The translations under genes and the position numbers were made by a program. From NCBI RefSeq assembly GCF_964204645.1, contig NC_134027.1, forward strand, positions 1,582,485 to 1,646,484: DNA of 64,000 nucleotides, read 5' to 3'. Position 1 is the stretch's first letter. Each line of letters starts with the position of its first letter. Below are positions 37,018-52,000 of this stretch, piece by piece. Below the pieces are notes generated by a model. The model was not told where the DNA came from. It did no database searches and saw only the letters and a program-made list of their open reading frames with translations. This DNA comes from Tubulanus polymorphus (lineage: Eukaryota; Animalia; Nemertea).

Positions 37018-40000
37018 TTATTCGTCGCCTCCGTACATGTCGGCTAGTTTAGAGAATTTCGGGCCCCAGTCGTTCAGATAGTCATAATCTTGATCGCCAT
37101 CGGACGATGAATTTAACGAACTCAACGATCCGGCGGTGCTGCCACCTCCTTCGTCGTCGAACTCGTGTAACGTATCGTGCGGAGGTGCGCTCGGATCATC
37201 GTCGGCGTTTTTCAAACGATCCGAAATAAAGTCGCCGACGTTATCCGGCCGATCAATAGCCGGGGGTGCAGCTAAAAATAAAACAAATATTCACAATATC
37301 AGCCACAATCAACAGTCACAGTCAATATCATATTGAGTTTCTAGGGGCCAGTTGCTCAGTGGTGACAAAAAATCTACTCCAATCTAGATAAGTCTGGTCT
37401 AAGGTCGTTCATTAGCTTTTAAATCAAAATGAGCTCAGATTGATAAGATCGGTTCTACAGTGAAATGAGCTTAAACTGGTCTTAACTTGTTAGATAAGTT
37501 TTAGAGCAAAATGAGTTTAGACTGGTGTTAAGTTGCAGGATCCCCCTGATATCTAAATGTTTGCTTACATTGTAATGGTTGACTTTTAACGAGAGGAATG
37601 TTTGGTGCTGGATCAACAGGTTTACTCAATCGACTGATATCATACGCGTCTTGATCTTCCTCACCGGCGCCCTCTTCGTCGTAATGAACGATATTCTCAC
37701 GAATATCATCGTCGGGATAGATCTCGAGAATCTGATCTTTCGGCTGACGGCGTCTTCGAGTGTAAACGATAAACACTAATACAATCACTACAAGTAAAAT
37801 ACATGATTATATCACTAACTCATCACTCATTACCTTCAGTCTATTCTGACTATCAAATCAACAGCCAGTAAACTTCTAGTCGTCTAGTCAATTGCTTTTA
37901 GTTCAACCGAGAACCAGAACTTGAACTTGCTGGTCATAGAGCTTGTTACTATTGCACCCGATATCTTAGCATTAAGTTACCTTGCCATTTACATTTTAGT
38001 CCATCTTTTGATGTTTTTAAATCTTAAATTTAGACACATCGTTTTACTACAGCTTATTCTTAGGTATTTCATCTCCATCTGCTGTTTTATATTATTTCTA
38101 AATCCATGATTGTATCATTTCTTAATTTCTAAGCCAAAGAGCATAGTTCACTGTCCACTGATCCCATAACCCACCAGTGTTGTACGGGCATATGGAACTA
38201 TGGCAACAGATTATTCCTATCATTATCATAAAACACTTTTATAGTTTGATGAATACATGAAATTATCAATCAAACTTACGTAATAAGATCAGAATACAAA
38301 TGATGATAGCAATGACAGCACCACTAGCCATACTAGCGACAACGGCTTCTTGTCTTTGATCGCAGTGCTCTCCACTCCATTCGGGTTCACAGTTACATTT
38401 ATAACCACCAGGTGTATCCAGACACAAACCATGAAGGCATGGATTCAAATACGGAATGCATTCATTGATGTTGATGCAGATCGGTTGACCTTGTGTGCTG
38501 TTAGTTAGTTTATATCCGACTTTACACCTGCAAAAAACCCATAACATTGAATCCTTCCTAATAGGTATGGAAATTGCGCAGGGAACTGGAAAATGTTATC
38601 CTAGAAGTGAAAGCTCTGTTAATTTTCATCCAACTCGAAACTGAACTTTTCTCAAAATCTCCAAATAATTCATTATGCTGAGAAATGAATTACTGCTGGT
38701 CAATGTAGAACTTTCTTGGTATGAAATGTTACAATTCCCAGAGTTTCCTTAATCTTTTTACTAGATGTTTTTTGATTTGCTGAGTTTTCCAGATGATTAG
38801 CCCCCCTCACTGTAGCACTGGTAGTTAATAAACACTTACCTGCATTCTGACTTTCTCCAAAGTTCAATACATTTAAAATTATTCGCCACATCGCACGTGT
38901 TCGATTGACATACATTTCCCTGACAACCGTCAATGATATTCTGCTGTTTTAATATCTCAGCATCTGGACTGACCATCCCGGCCGACAAAGACAGCCATAG
39001 ATCATTGTAACTTACATCATTCATACAACCTGAAAAATACCACGATTATTACAACCAATCTGCATTCAAACAGTATCAACATTCAGATAGATGAACTCTG
39101 ATGGAATTGTCATCAACTTCGAGCAGGACTCTGAGCCATCAATAAAATCTAGATATTTGAATAGACACTTTTCTTTTTCATACATTTTCATGATTTTTAA
39201 CATATTTTTTTGGAACAGACATCCATTTTCACATTTTTCAAATCAGTCTAACCACCTCTGCAATATTCACTAGTTTGACACCGACATTTTGGCAGCAGTA
39301 AAATATTTTTGACAGGAATCTTTTAAACGAAATTTTGTTTTTGCCATTAAATCAAAAGGACATTGAGCATCTCACACGCCTAGTTTGACATCGATACTTA
39401 CTCTCTTGATAATCATCATTTGGTAGAATTCTAGCTTGCGTTCGACTGGCAAATTTCACGATTGCTCCGGCAAATATTTCCTCAATAAGTATCTGATAGT
39501 AATTTGAAGTTCCGCCGAGGTCGTAATTATAATATCGACCTTCACCCCCATCGAGCTTCAAGAACACCATTTTACCCCAACGTTCAATCTTGGCTGTATG
39601 CCAAGCACCGTCCGCTACGTTCACATTCGGCAGTTTGACCGTTCTCTGCTCGGATCCGAGAGCGTAGATAAAATTCAGTTCGGAATTCGTAATCTGAAAA
39701 ACAATCATATACAAAACAATTAAAGGAATCGTGAAGGACTTGTTTCTTTCATCATATATAGTTAATTCAGTCGTTTGAATATAACAAACAGGGTGCAACT
39801 TAATTTGACTTAGATTTTATGCCCGATCTAGCAATCTCAACAAATTTCACCGTTTTATAGCTTTTTTACAAAATTTCTCGACTTTAACCCCACTTTTTCT
39901 TGAATTCCAGGTAAGTATAAGCCGCCTTGTGCGATGACCTATTCTAGAGTATATAAATCCAGTTTGTATGCCTTTACGAGTTGATTATGTATGCCCTTAA

Positions 40001-43000
40001 ACCATGATGTATATTTCAGTTTATTTTAGTTTTTTAGGGTGATATATGCCACAAGCATTGCTCTTATATCATTAAAACAATATGTATGCATAATCATGTT
40101 ACCTAAACAGACTATCAAATCTTTAAAAACTCCCAGCGTTACATCTTACACACGTTATATAATCTATTCAAAAAGTTAATAAGAGTTAAAAGTCAAATGA
40201 TAATGATACATACTCGTAAAGTCATAGCTTTATCTCCAGCCGTTGACATTGTGTGGAACAGAACTCCAGTCGTCTGTCGCGTACGGAACATCAATTCAAT
40301 CTTTGATTGATACGGATTCGGTAGAATTTTGTTCAGGTAAATCTGATTTTTGATTTTCCATTGTATGTAACTGTTCTTTTTAAAGTCCCTGATCTTCGTT
40401 TCTGTAAAAGAAAGACATTCGAAATATTCAAACGCATTCGCGAATTCAACAATTCCACAATGATAGAACGATGACCACACTCAAACGTGGTGAACGGATA
40501 ATAAGATAAAATCCCACTATTTACAGATTAAAAGAATTTAAAAACCAGAATTTATTTATTAAATCTAAAATATTTAAAAGACACGACGTTTCGATCTCAC
40601 CCTAGAGATCATCGTCACGTCGTGTATTCTATATATTTCAGATTTAATAAATAAATTCTGGTTTTTAAATTCTTTTAATCTGTAAATAGTGGGATTTTAT
40701 CTTATTAATTCCACAATGAGTTGTTACTTACTTATTGTACAGCGTGCACCTGCCCAGCCTGGTTTACAACTACAATGGAACGCCCCATCGGGCATCTGCC
40801 CGGCTAAATTACCGGTACAAACACCGTTAGGACCGCAGTACGGACCATTAGGTTCATTTACTCCACACGAGCGATCCTCTTGTGGGCAGCCATCTTTAAC
40901 GCTACCCGATTGTAATCCAGCTTGGCCAATGTGTAGATCATAAAGCTACAATAGAAAATCAACGATTCAAGTTAAACATCCCACAGATTCTATAACAACC
41001 ACCACACACCCACAGACAATTAGGCCCAGTCATATGGAATAATTTAGCTTGGGCCTGGTCCGTGTCAAAAGTGCTCGTGAGAACATGGCTTTAGAAACAC
41101 GTCCATTTCTCATTTATTTCCTACCTCTCCGTTAACCATCAAATTCTTGATACATCCATTAAACCCTATGTTAGCGATATTCTGAGGAAAGTTGACGTTT
41201 TGTCGACCTCCGAGTTGAAGTGGTTGATCGACGTTTATGAATTGATTTTGTCCCGGTGTTTTAAACGTAACTTCGCACGGTTTCGTATCCATCGGTTGTC
41301 CCGACGATCGAGGAAGAAGAGCCGCCAGCGAACAGTAATCGAGCATCATTCGAACTTCCTGTTAACAACGGTAAAATATCATAGCAACCGTTCAATTGTC
41401 AAATGATTCAGAAAAATACAATTTTGTTTTTATATTTTAAATTATTCTAGGGGTCAATGAAATATTCAGACAGCAGTGCTCTCTTGTAGCTAACCTGGCT
41501 TGGTCTCATCAGTACTTACATTGCCTTTACGATAGATATCAAGTCGATGCCATTTTCCGTCATTGATCGGGTTTATTTTCAGGATGTTATCTTTATCTTT
41601 GCCGTCTATAGTCCCCGAAGCTCGACCCGAACCGTGATTAATCGTTACACGCGGATAACCATTAGTCATATCAATAGCGATGAAATCAGTGAGATCTTCG
41701 TTTTTCGGTGTTTTCCGAGGTCCACTGTACAGCAGTAAACCGGTCGCCTCCAGCGTAACGAACTCCAGACTGATGTGTCCATCTTTACATTGTTTTAGAG
41801 GAGGGTACCACGCCCATCCATTACCTCCAAAACTCTTTTTAGTCAGTTGACACCGGCCTCCGTTGAAACCAGGCAGACAATCGCATCTGAAATGGTGCAA
41901 GTTGATTTATTAACCCTTTCACCTTGTGTACTCCGTTTTGCTGTGTAGAATCCACACAAACTATATTGCCCCCGGGTGAGATGTATCTAAGTTATTATTA
42001 ACTATTTGAAATTGAAAGACAGCAAATATTGTAAATATTAGCAACTAACGATACACCACACTGCAAGGTAGATTCAATATATAACAGTTTGTCCATTATA
42101 CAACACACTGAGGTGGAATTTTCTAAAATAGTCAAATCATCTCCAGTACTTTAGGGTATGTAACTGACGGCACTGCAAGTGTCCAATTCTTGAGATAGAT
42201 AAATCACGTACCTTACGACTTCACCTTCTTCTCTGCACGTGCCTCCGTTGTAACATGTAGCTGGGGTACATTTTGGTGGGCCCTGATTAATGGCTGACTG
42301 AGTCGCGCAGACGCATTCTTTAACGACATATGAATTAATACCAACAAGTGACGTGCTGTTGGTGTTAATCAGTAATGGAGCATTCGTAACGACCAATCTG
42401 TTTGTACAACCAGATTCACAGGTTTCCTGTTTACACAGGTCTACAGGCGACATATCTATCTGAACAGACGGTCCGAGTATGTTTGCATACTGAAAATATA
42501 CGTACACCAAAATATTAACGAGGAATTGAATTTAATGGAGAAATACACAACTGGATGCAGGGTATGGTTCCATAGTGGTGACTGATGTCAGAAAGTGGTT
42601 TTAAAGCTGGTGTGAAGATTGGCTCTAAAACGAGAGGTAGGGCTGCCAACCTAACCTGATATTGGAACATTTCATTTAGATATGAAAGAAAATTTTCAAA
42701 TGGACTAGTAATCTATGTAAACAGCCTCAGCAACATCACACACATCAGAACGCATCAAACAAATCAAATCAGTATTTCTCACAAAAAAATAGTAACAAAG
42801 TAATGAAAACCAGGAACAGTTGGCAGCCCTGAAGTCCTAGACTGGTCTTTTAACTAAGATACAACTGTGGAATGGAAAAACTTAGATACAATTGTGCAAC
42901 TGGAATGGGAACACTAACCTGTGCTTTGTCATCTTCGAATGCGCTGTTTAATTTCGATGGTTTATAGTGCGGTGAACCATGAGCTGTATATCTCACATCG

Positions 43001-46000
43001 ATTGTAGGTTTCTCTTGTCCGGGGACATTCATCACAGTAAATATATCCACATATTCGTATTGTGTATTCAATGATTTAGCGACGATGCCTCGTACCAGGT
43101 CATACTTGCTCTGTCCGTAATCCGATGGTTTTTGGGCATTAGGCAGCTTGGGTTTTTCAACAAATTGTTCAGCAGTTATACCTTCAAATATCATAAACAA
43201 TTAGATGTATATCAACGTGTCAAACAAAATATTTTTGACGTTGCGCAAATTTAGTTTTTACAACTGAATACATTGCCCGCAAGATGAAATAATAAGCAAT
43301 ACCAGAAAGAGCAAATATTGGGATTCAGTTCCACAGTTGTGAGTTAAGATTTTACTCGATCGACAACGAACTAATTTCATCTCAGTTAACACTGTGGAAT
43401 TGGATCATTGAAAATGAATGAATTCTTACTCTTATTCTTGAACTGGTGCTTTTCGTAAATATAACTGATAAGTATATTATAAATTACCTATAAGACGGAA
43501 TGATCCGGCGTTATAAACCGGTTCAGCTGAGATATCCTGCACGATCGCCGTTACCGTAGAAACTACTTGTCTGTTACTGCGAACTGTATCCGTAACTACC
43601 ACTTCAAACTGATGACTTCCGGCCGGAACTTTTGTTTTCAAAAAGATATCTCCGTTCTTCATTACACTGATTAAAAAACGTCACAAGGAAATTAATAGGA
43701 ATAATAAATGATGAAAACTTTTCACAGCGCTACGTAAACTTTACAAACTTACTTGAAATATCGATTGTTTGGATTTTTTGCCTCAAATATTTTATCACCT
43801 CTGTCCCAATCATCGGGATCCTCAGCGTAGACATTGCCAATCTTTGCATTCCTCAATTCACCTGTATTTACATAAATTTAGAGATCTCAGATATTGTTTC
43901 CAACAGCATTCAAAATGACACTAACCAAACCACGAGGAACGAGACAATACAATCACAATGGCGCAGACCTGACTTTCTAGGAGCACTTCCCTTTGGAGAA
44001 CTTTTCAGCAAAAAATTACAAAACTTGAAATTATTCTGATTTTGAGAGTATTTTGATAATTTTGATAGTAGTTGAGATCTCAAGAGTAGCAACTACTTTC
44101 ATATAGTTACGAAAGTCAGGTCTACGACAGATTCCAGAACTGAGTCAAAATCGGATGAGGGAAACTCTACTAGTGTGAACTAAACATTCTATAACTAAAT
44201 AGTCTGAAGGAAATTGGAGAAAACTCGTTCTCAATGCACCAAACAAGCAGCAAGTCACCAGCTTTAACTGCAAACATCATACATCAAAATAAGGAGCAGG
44301 CATTTACAACATCAACTGAAACCGATATTCGTCTCATCGTGTCAATTACTGATTATATTATTTATACAATAGAAACATTCAAAATCAGATGTTGTTAAAT
44401 CTATGAAGATATGTGAAGTGTATAATATCATTTATGTGTCAAACGATGAAGCATCCCAAAAACTGAACAGGATGCTACATGAAAGAGGAGTTAGCTTTTC
44501 TTGAAAGTAGTTTATAAAGATGATGGATATGTAACAGTAAAGTTGAAGAAAAACCCATGAATACGAAATAAATCTTATGGAGGATTGTGACGTTTTAACT
44601 CAAATGTGAGCTGTGAGCTATTTTTGATGTTTCGACACAAATGCTTTGGGCCATTTTGAAAATTGAAATCCTCATTTATTAGTATTAGTTCGTACTGCAA
44701 TTTCTTTCTTCATTTGTCTGTGAAAACCAACTGGAATAGCGAATAGTGTATTTTAACTCAACCAACGCATACATGTAACTCATTATCACATATCCATTGA
44801 AACCCATATTCATTTAATGGTAGGTTCTTCAATTATTCATGATTTCATGATAAATCTGCCAATAAATGACAGTGAAAATAATAAAATTACAAAATGTTCT
44901 CAAAAACTGGTATTGAGCGCATTAATTAGCAAATAGATGTCTAGTTGTACTAATGAATTCTGATGGCAGTATTTTGAAGCTCATAGTGTCAACTTTGAGC
45001 AAGGATTCAGTATATTGAAGTTCATTGAAATTCAATAAACTAAATTTGTCCAATTGATATACACGCCATCTAGTGGGACATTCTCCTCATTATGCAATAA
45101 TCTAGAATCAACGTCATCGATGATAACTCTCATTACTATTTTTAAGAACATTTTGCGATAATTTTTCTACAAAATCATGCAGTCAATTTGGTGGTATTGA
45201 AAATACTGATAACAGTAATCATACGTAGTGTGTATTTAAACATAGATCTTACCGATATCCCAACCTATAATGATAGCATAGAGAAAATACACGATTAACA
45301 AGTTTTCAGTTGACAAGCAAAAAACACATTACATGAAAGACCAGCACAGATGTTCACTACATATTAATCTCAAGCTTGTTGTAATTTTCAAGAAAAATTG
45401 CAAAAGAAAGTGTTTCCCAAATATTTCCCAGATTAGCAGTAAATCTATCAAATTCCCAAAAAATGTTTTTTCCTGATTTTCCAGTACTGTGGGGACCATT
45501 CATTTAGATTTGACACTTGCATCAAATAGTTCATCATTTCATGATATCAAACATGCATTGAAACATTTGAACACGTGTCATGTCTAACAATGTTCATGCA
45601 TGTAAAGTATGACGGCGCCCGCAATGATTAATAGGTAAATTCACTCAACCTTCCGCGTCAGATAAATAGTCAGTTAGTTAAGCGAAACAAAAATTGTTCA
45701 GATGCAAAAAACGAAGCAATAACCCGGAGCGTAGCCAACCTTTTGAGTGAGGAGGTTTGTTAGACTGGAATACGAACAGTTTCGATTGAGAAATGTTGGA
45801 TGAGGTCAAATTAACTACTACATTTATCTATGTAAATTCAAAATGAAATTGCTGATTCTCCATGACTTCTCCTACTATCACCTTTTACAACTAAGTATTG
45901 CGTACAACTAAGTTTTTAATCGGGTTCAGATTCCACTGTATTCAATCTTTTTACTCACAAGAGTAGACCTTTTTCTTTTAGAGGGGGGGGGTTCTTTCCA

Positions 46001-49000
46001 ATCCAACATATCCTCGATGACTACGCCCCTGCATAAACGAACAATGAAATTAAACGCTTACCTTCATAGCTATAGATCATGATGTTTTTATGACCGGGAT
46101 TGTGGTCATTATCGTTGATATCGCCGATAGTTACAGTCAGTGTATTCGTACCACTGACTCCGTGTTTATCGGTCATCACTATCGGTAACTTGTAATATTT
46201 CTGTTTCTCGCGGTCGAAAACTCTCATCGTTTTTACGTCTGCCACGTTATTGATTCCATCACCAGCTGAAAAACAAAATCAATAAGTTTCACGATAACAG
46301 TAGAACAGCCTGTACACTTAAGACATGGAGAAAAGATACTGTTATTTATTTGCATGGGTCTAATCAATGAATTTGAATTGCAAATGGTTCAGGAAATGTC
46401 CCACTTCGCTTTGTTTAAGCATTGTTTAATATCGAGTGAGTGGATTACATGCTCTCTAATTAGACACAGGCTTGATACATTGCCAATTTGGCCCGGTGCA
46501 AATCGTCTCTTTATTTTCACAATTAAATCTGTACCATTTTTCACAAATTATTATGTATATTTTCATAACAGATTCTAAATAAACACGTACCTAATTGCTG
46601 AACGTTAAAATCAACAGAACACACAGGAGTTTTAGAGCACCGGAACGTGAATGGAGGTCCATTCATGCTAGCATCTGGATCGCGTCCTTTTACGGTTACT
46701 ACATGCGTGAACTTTGGTTTACCCTCGTAGACAACCGGTTGATAGTTTTCAGCGAATAATGGGAAATTATCATTTACATCGGTGAGGGTTAGTTGCATTG
46801 TAGCTGTACCAGTCATTGGCGGAGTACCTATCAATCAAATTGTAACAAAAATATGAGTAATTTGAGCTGATAACGGATGTGTCTAAAATCTTACGGTAAG
46901 TATCAACAAACCTCTGTCTATAGCTTTGATAGCTATGTTGAGTACAGCTTTGTCTGTGGTTGGATTCCATTTTTCGCGATCAAGCGGCCTAGCCACGTAT
47001 ATAAGTCCGATCTTGGGATCACTGGGTTTAGCACGAATTCCGAGGCCGTATTTGGGATCAATTGAGAAACTACGAAATCAAAGAATACGCATTAAACTAC
47101 AGGAAACAAGATCGAAATAAATTCATCTGTGTATATAATCCAAAAGAATTAGATTTTGAACATTAAGGAATACACCATTTTTGAGGATAATAGAGTGACT
47201 AAGATCCGAATGGATTTGGTCAAAAGCTCTGAGGAGTTTCTCCAAAATTGTGTATTTTCAAACATTGAAAATCTATGTAACTCAACAGGAAACATCTGCA
47301 TATGATTGGAATGTTCAAAAATTTTGTACACAATTTTTTTAAGAAAATTCACCAGAGCTTTCGATACAAATCCAAAAATCACTATAAATGTATGCATGTG
47401 CATCTATATTGATAAAGATTCATGAATTTCCTTAACTTTTTGTATTTTCAAAAATTTCAAAATCTAATTTTACAGTCGAAACAATTCTCATCGATTCGCA
47501 AGCGTAGAAAGAATTCAACTTACTCAAATTCGCCGTTAATTCCCTGATCTCTATCAACAGCTGAAACCGATGCAATTTGATTATTGACGCCGACATCTTC
47601 GGGAAAAGTTTGGTTAATCCGCGACGGAGTAAAAACGGGAGCGTTATCGTTTATATCGGTCAATCTTACGACAACGTGACACGTGTCTTTATGTAAGTTA
47701 TCAGAATCAAACACTTCTACCGTCAGATTATAAACACGTTGAGCGTTCTCCTCATCGTAGTCAATCGGCTACAAATCAACAACGATGAAATTAATTGAAT
47801 CGAGTCACAGCAGTCTGTGTAGTAAGAGAACCAGGGCCCAGTTGCATAGTCATGGCTTAGACTTAAGACAAGTCTAAGACCAACTTAGTTCTATAGCCAA
47901 TCTAACAACTTAAGACTGGTCTTAAGATTTAAGACCACTTTTTGACTATGCAACTGGCCCCGGGGCCCAGTTTCACAAAAAAAGTTCAACTCAAATTTTT
48001 GGTGTAATTGCCATTGGTAACTTCATGTTTTCAATGAGGACAACAATTCAATCTTAACCGTGTTTCAGGCTTAAACTGTTTCGTGAAACTGGGCGCAGAA
48101 TATTGAAGATTTAACCAGATGGCCACTTTCCGCCAATCTATAAATCTCTACGTTTTCGCTGATTTTCCATGTTATAACACAAAAATTCACTGAGTGAATC
48201 AGACTAGTTTCTTCGGTTAAAATGTTACAAGATATTCAATTTTCATGAATCATGTAGTGATAAAAAAGCACATGGTCGAAAATTAATCTAAATCCACTGG
48301 GGTGGAATTTTTTCAAATTTTCAAATTATCTCCAGCACTTTCTGGAATTAATTAGTCAGCACTGAAAGGTTTAATAAATATCAAATCAATATGAACATAA
48401 TTTCCAGGCCAGGAACCAGTTTGACAATGCAATGATCAATTATTATATTCAGTAACTGGAATGTGTTTTTTTTTAGAACATTAACTGTTTTGATGAATAT
48501 GAGAGATGAGTAACGTACCGAGTATACAGTAATGACACCTGTATCAGTCGCTCTGATTGTTTTAATCGCGAAAAATTTCTTATCTTCTCCTCTTGGTAAA
48601 CGGTACGTCAGCTGACCTTCGTCGACGATATCTTCATCTCGAGCCATCACCGATATCACCGTATGTCCCTGCGGACTTTGTTCCGGTAACGTAGTTTCGT
48701 AGAGTCGTTTCTCGAATTTCGGAGGTTTGTCGTTTATATCTTTGACCGTGATCGTCACGCTAGCAGTGGCTACAATTGAATCATTAACAACCATCAGATC
48801 AGAACTGGAGTTGAATCGACCCGTTACGAGGAATCACTGCTGCACCAGCTATGCCACCACCAGATGGCAGGTTAGCTAGCATTAAGACAGACGACTCAAT
48901 AATTATCAATAAACTTTCATCTAGTTTTTAAGCATCTCCCATCAAACATTAGCCTAATCACTACTCTTAAAAAACTCGGACTTTCTCAGAGAATAAACTC

Positions 49001-52000
49001 AGAGAAGAAATCTATCTACGTGACTAGCGACGCCAGGTGGATGTTCACTCGCCACTAGTAGATTCCTCCATTGCCACAGTTGAACGTAGAGCCCTCATTG
49101 TAATGATATTTTCACGTACCTGATCTCTGCATAGGAGTTCCTCTATCTGTAGCTTGCACCGTTAATGAATATTGACCAGTAGCGTCACGTTTTATTCCGT
49201 CAATGTTCGTCTTAATTAGATTATTTCCTGGCTCAATAACGAATATGTTTTGGCCGTTTTCGCGCGGACTTTGTAGAATTGAGTAGATTACGCTTCCATT
49301 CAGGCCATTATCAGGATCTGTAGCTTCAATAGTCAGCACAGGAGTCCCTATCAAATCAACGTCAGTGTAATTAATAATATCTCTAAACAAATTGCAGAAA
49401 ACCGAGATCATCTTTTGGAATTTTACTACCCGTAATTCTAATATTTTACAGTTTAATACAGTCCTGTTAACCTCCTTATGCATTTGCCATCATCATCCAT
49501 TGAATAGGATATATTCTTGAATTTTGAATTCAATTCTTTTAATGCACCGATGACTGTTAAGGTTTTTAAGGTTATTTACCTCTATTGGCTCCCTCTTCGA
49601 CGAAACCGTGAAGTTTGTTCGGATTGAAAGCCGGCGCATTATCATTGACATCGTTGACACTAACTCTGACTTCTGCGTAACCAGAGTGTAAACCATCAGA
49701 CGCACGCACATTAAAATCGTAAATACTAGCACCGATCGGACCTTCTCGATCCAGCGGTTTCATTTGGTAGATTTTGCCATCGGCATCAATTCTGAAAACG
49801 TTTTGATCGGCGTATTGACCGACGAGATAGTAGGTGATTTGTGGACTCTTCTCATCAATATCAGTAGCTTTCACCTGCAACAAATCACATGAACATAAAT
49901 TGTGGTAAATCTTTTGAGCTTGGTGTAGGCTGCCCACAACTGTTCGCAACACAACACAAACTGTTGCAACTAGTTGCATATGGGTCCATAGGTCGACTGC
50001 AATGCAATCTTCAGCAATAGTCAGCAATGGTTAGCAAGCCCATGAAATGAGATTCATATTGTTATAATAGCTTTTATGGATAAGAAGCTAACGTTTTAAC
50101 CCTTTCAGTGCGTCTACACCGCAGTGCGGTATATAAATCAGTGATGGATTTTGCTAGTACACCGCACTGCGGTGTATTGATGTAATTAGTAATTTGTAAT
50201 TATCTCTATTGAAAAATGGCAGAAAGTGTCAAACATAGTGAAATACTAGTAACTAACGATACACCGCACTGCGGTGTAGACGCACTATAGTGGTATTCCC
50301 ATTGTTCAACACACTAGGGTGGAATTTTTTAGAATTTTCAAATTTTCTCCAGCACTATAGGGTATTAATTAGTCAGCACTGAAAGGGTTAACCTTTGAGT
50401 TCTATGGTTTTAACAAATCAAGATCTATCTATAAACTTACTGTTAACAAGTAACGACCGTTGGGTGGAGGAATCTCATTCTCAACGACCATATCCTTTAC
50501 TTCGTAGACATTCTTTTCGAACACTGGTGGATTATCATTAACATTCATAACGTTGATCTGAATGGTAGTCGTACTGTCGTGTAAATCATCGAACACGCGA
50601 TACGTCAATCTATACACCTAGAAAAAACACAACATAACAATATGAGATTATTCTGAATTCCACTTTAAACTGTATTGAAGGATATCCAAAAAATCTGCAT
50701 TGAGAGGGGTTCCCGAGAGAAAAGGAGTCCATGATTTGAAAGTTTAACTATATGTCTCCATGCCTACAAACTGAAGTTTGGTACGTAGGCATGGAAACAT
50801 ATTGTTAAACTTTCAAATCATGGAGTCAATTCTCTTCATTTAACCCCTTTCAGTGAAGACTTTTTGGATATCCTTCAATGTCCTTTCTGGTCCTATTAAG
50901 ACCTTTATCAGGTATGTACTTCCAAAAATTAGCGAGCTAGGCCACCTGGAATGCTCTCAAGTCAGGTTGAAATAGACATTAGTAGCTATGCTAGGTTAAT
51001 GAGTAAAGTCAATGGTAAAACAATTTACTGTTGTATCTATAGCAAGAGTGACAATAGTTATAGAAAACAGGTTGAGTTCTGTCATAACTTAAAATATGTG
51101 AACACCAAATTCAGCGGATTTAATTTTCAATCTACTCGATGAACCCACCTTGGTACCCTTATCATAGTCTAATGGTTGGGCTACGAATATTTCTCCGATC
51201 GAACGCCGCACGCCGAAGACATTGTCTTTGTTGCCGTCGACGATGAAATATTGTAACTGCGAACTCGTATCTTTATCCTCAGCCGTTACAGTTAACACAG
51301 TCGCCTGTTCTTTAGCGTCCTCGCTGATATTAGCGTAGTATATCGATTTAGCGAATTCCGGTTTCTCATCGTTTCTATCGGCAATCGTAACGTGAACGCG
51401 CGCTTCACCTGTTAATGTAACAAATATAGAGAGCACATTTTAAACTTTTTGAAGATTTTTCAGAGCCGAGTGTCATTGATGCGGGGGCAAAAACACCCTG
51501 GGAACAGTATGAAATTTGTCAGTTATTACTCTTATACCTCGCTGATTTTTGGAAATTTTTTTCTCAGAATCAACCAAAATTTTTCTAGTCCATTGCGTAT
51601 TTCAAGTGAACTGGAGAGTGAACACCTGTCTACAGTGAACACATCTCCACAGTGAACAGTTTGCCTGGGACCAAGTGTTCACTGTTAAGACTAGTTTTAC
51701 TGTATTACAGTTCTCTCATTGTTATTATAGTTTTTTTTAAAAATATATATGACTTTATTTGACAAAAAAAAATTATAATGTCCCAGGTTTGCTCGGGTAC
51801 ATCAACAGCAACACCATAAAAATTGTTAACAAGAAAGTTATCGTAGTGGTTTTGACCTGGTTAAGGATTTAACCCTAGGGGAATCTTTACTACCCAGGAT
51901 CTAGTTCCACAGTTGTGAGTTAGAGTTAAAATTAGTTCATTTTCAATGAGTTAACTCAGAGTCAAATGTTAACTCAGAACTGTGGAACTGGGTCCAGATC

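Noticed and set aside
45640-45720. Possible second microexon or recursive splice site (ctaactgac...gaag|gttgagtgaat on -)
   Set aside because: A branch-point-like motif is present, but the only exon available is 5 nt and frame-shifting, and the donors are weak.
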